Of a DNA stretch of 64,000 nucleotides, positions 63,485 to 64,000 are shown piece by piece. Position numbers and translations under genes: made by a program. The stretch is from Candidatus Poribacteria bacterium (GTDB taxonomy: Bacteria; Poribacteria; WGA-4E; WGA-3G): the NCBI GenBank assembly GCA_963663765.2, contig CAXXUA010000005.1, positions 1,536,001 to 1,600,000 on the forward strand, written 5' to 3'. Position 1 is the stretch's first letter. Each line of letters starts with the position of its first letter. The notes beneath the pieces were generated by a model that was not told the DNA's origin, ran no database searches, and saw nothing but the letters and a program-made list of their open reading frames with translations.

Positions 63485-64000
63485 CTAACCTGTTCTTGGC
63501 TTTCCTTTAAAAATCGCATATAAGTACCAAAACGCTGGTGTAATAAATATGCCGCCAACACCGATTATGACTAAAACTGGTCGTAACACAGATGTAGGAG
63601 CAGCTGCGTTAGAAAAGGTAAGATTAGGAGTGACAATATAGGGATACTGGGCAAATCCCCAACCTAATATTATCAAAACTACTTGTAATGGAACAAGGAT
63701 ACGTGCCAGTCGGTAATGTCGCATCCAAATCGTGCATATTGCACTGATTGCTACGACACCAGTCAAGATATGAAACGGTATTGACCAAACGCTATTCCCC
63801 AAACCACTTCGTATGTGAGGTGCACCATTTGCGGACAATAGAAAGCTTATACCTGCCATTACACCCACACCTACAGCAGCAACAAGTGCACGTATTCGAA
63901 AATCTTCTTGTAATTCAGAATTGTCAGTTTCCTGTGTTAGATAAACAGCAGCGAGTAGCGCACAGAGTGTCAGCGTGAAAAAACCGATAGTAAATGGAAA
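63485..64000 (-). CDS. cydB: Cytochrome bd ubiquinol oxidase subunit II, C-terminal part
   Basis: Frame is open to the window edge: FPFTIGFFTL..ALLAAVYLT..EDFRIRAL...GWGFAQYPYIV.P.LT..AAAP...WYLYAIFKG. Confidence 0.85.
   Translation of the reverse strand, partial: FPFTIGFFTLTLCALLAAVYLTQETDNSELQEDFRIRALVAAVGVGVMAGISFLLSANGAPHIRSGLGNSVWSIPFHILTGVVAISAICTIWMRHYRLARILVPLQVVLIILGWGFAQYPYIVTPNLTFSNAAAPTSVLRPVLVIIGVGGIFITPAFWYLYAIFKGKPRTG

Overview
This is a bacterial chromosomal window of moderate-to-low GC. It most resembles Candidatus Poribacteria (inference from the ECF-sigma/WD40 fusions, several secreted WD40 proteins, sulfatase, GH127 and TonB-dependent receptor). Coding content from left to right: a defence-like block (hicA end, HicB fused to a large extra domain, a type I R-M hsdR split by an intact ISKra4-family IS, an M48 peptidase); a CzcCBA-like RND efflux operon; five WD40 proteins, two of them fused to an ECF sigma factor; GH127; a TonB-dependent receptor; sulfatase; GGT; a RelE/XRE toxin-antitoxin pair; a MATE transporter; the core block lpxL-lptC-lptA-lptB-rpoN-hpf-valS-thioesterase-nadB; a TPR lytic transglycosylase; and the end of cydB. 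The most striking structure is non-coding. Many intergenic gaps hold small non-autonomous elements of at least six terminal-repeat families, with target duplications of TA, 8-9 bp and an unusual 19-20 bp. These elements carry GTAG-type REP hairpins as cargo, nest inside each other and recombine at the REP. They also contain locally amplified tandem arrays (units of 25, 31, 32, 39, 41, 52, 114 and 285 bp), including a 1.8-kb mosaic array of about 40 constant hairpin cores separated by a small reused set of spacer modules. No tRNA, rRNA, true CRISPR array or cas gene was recognised.
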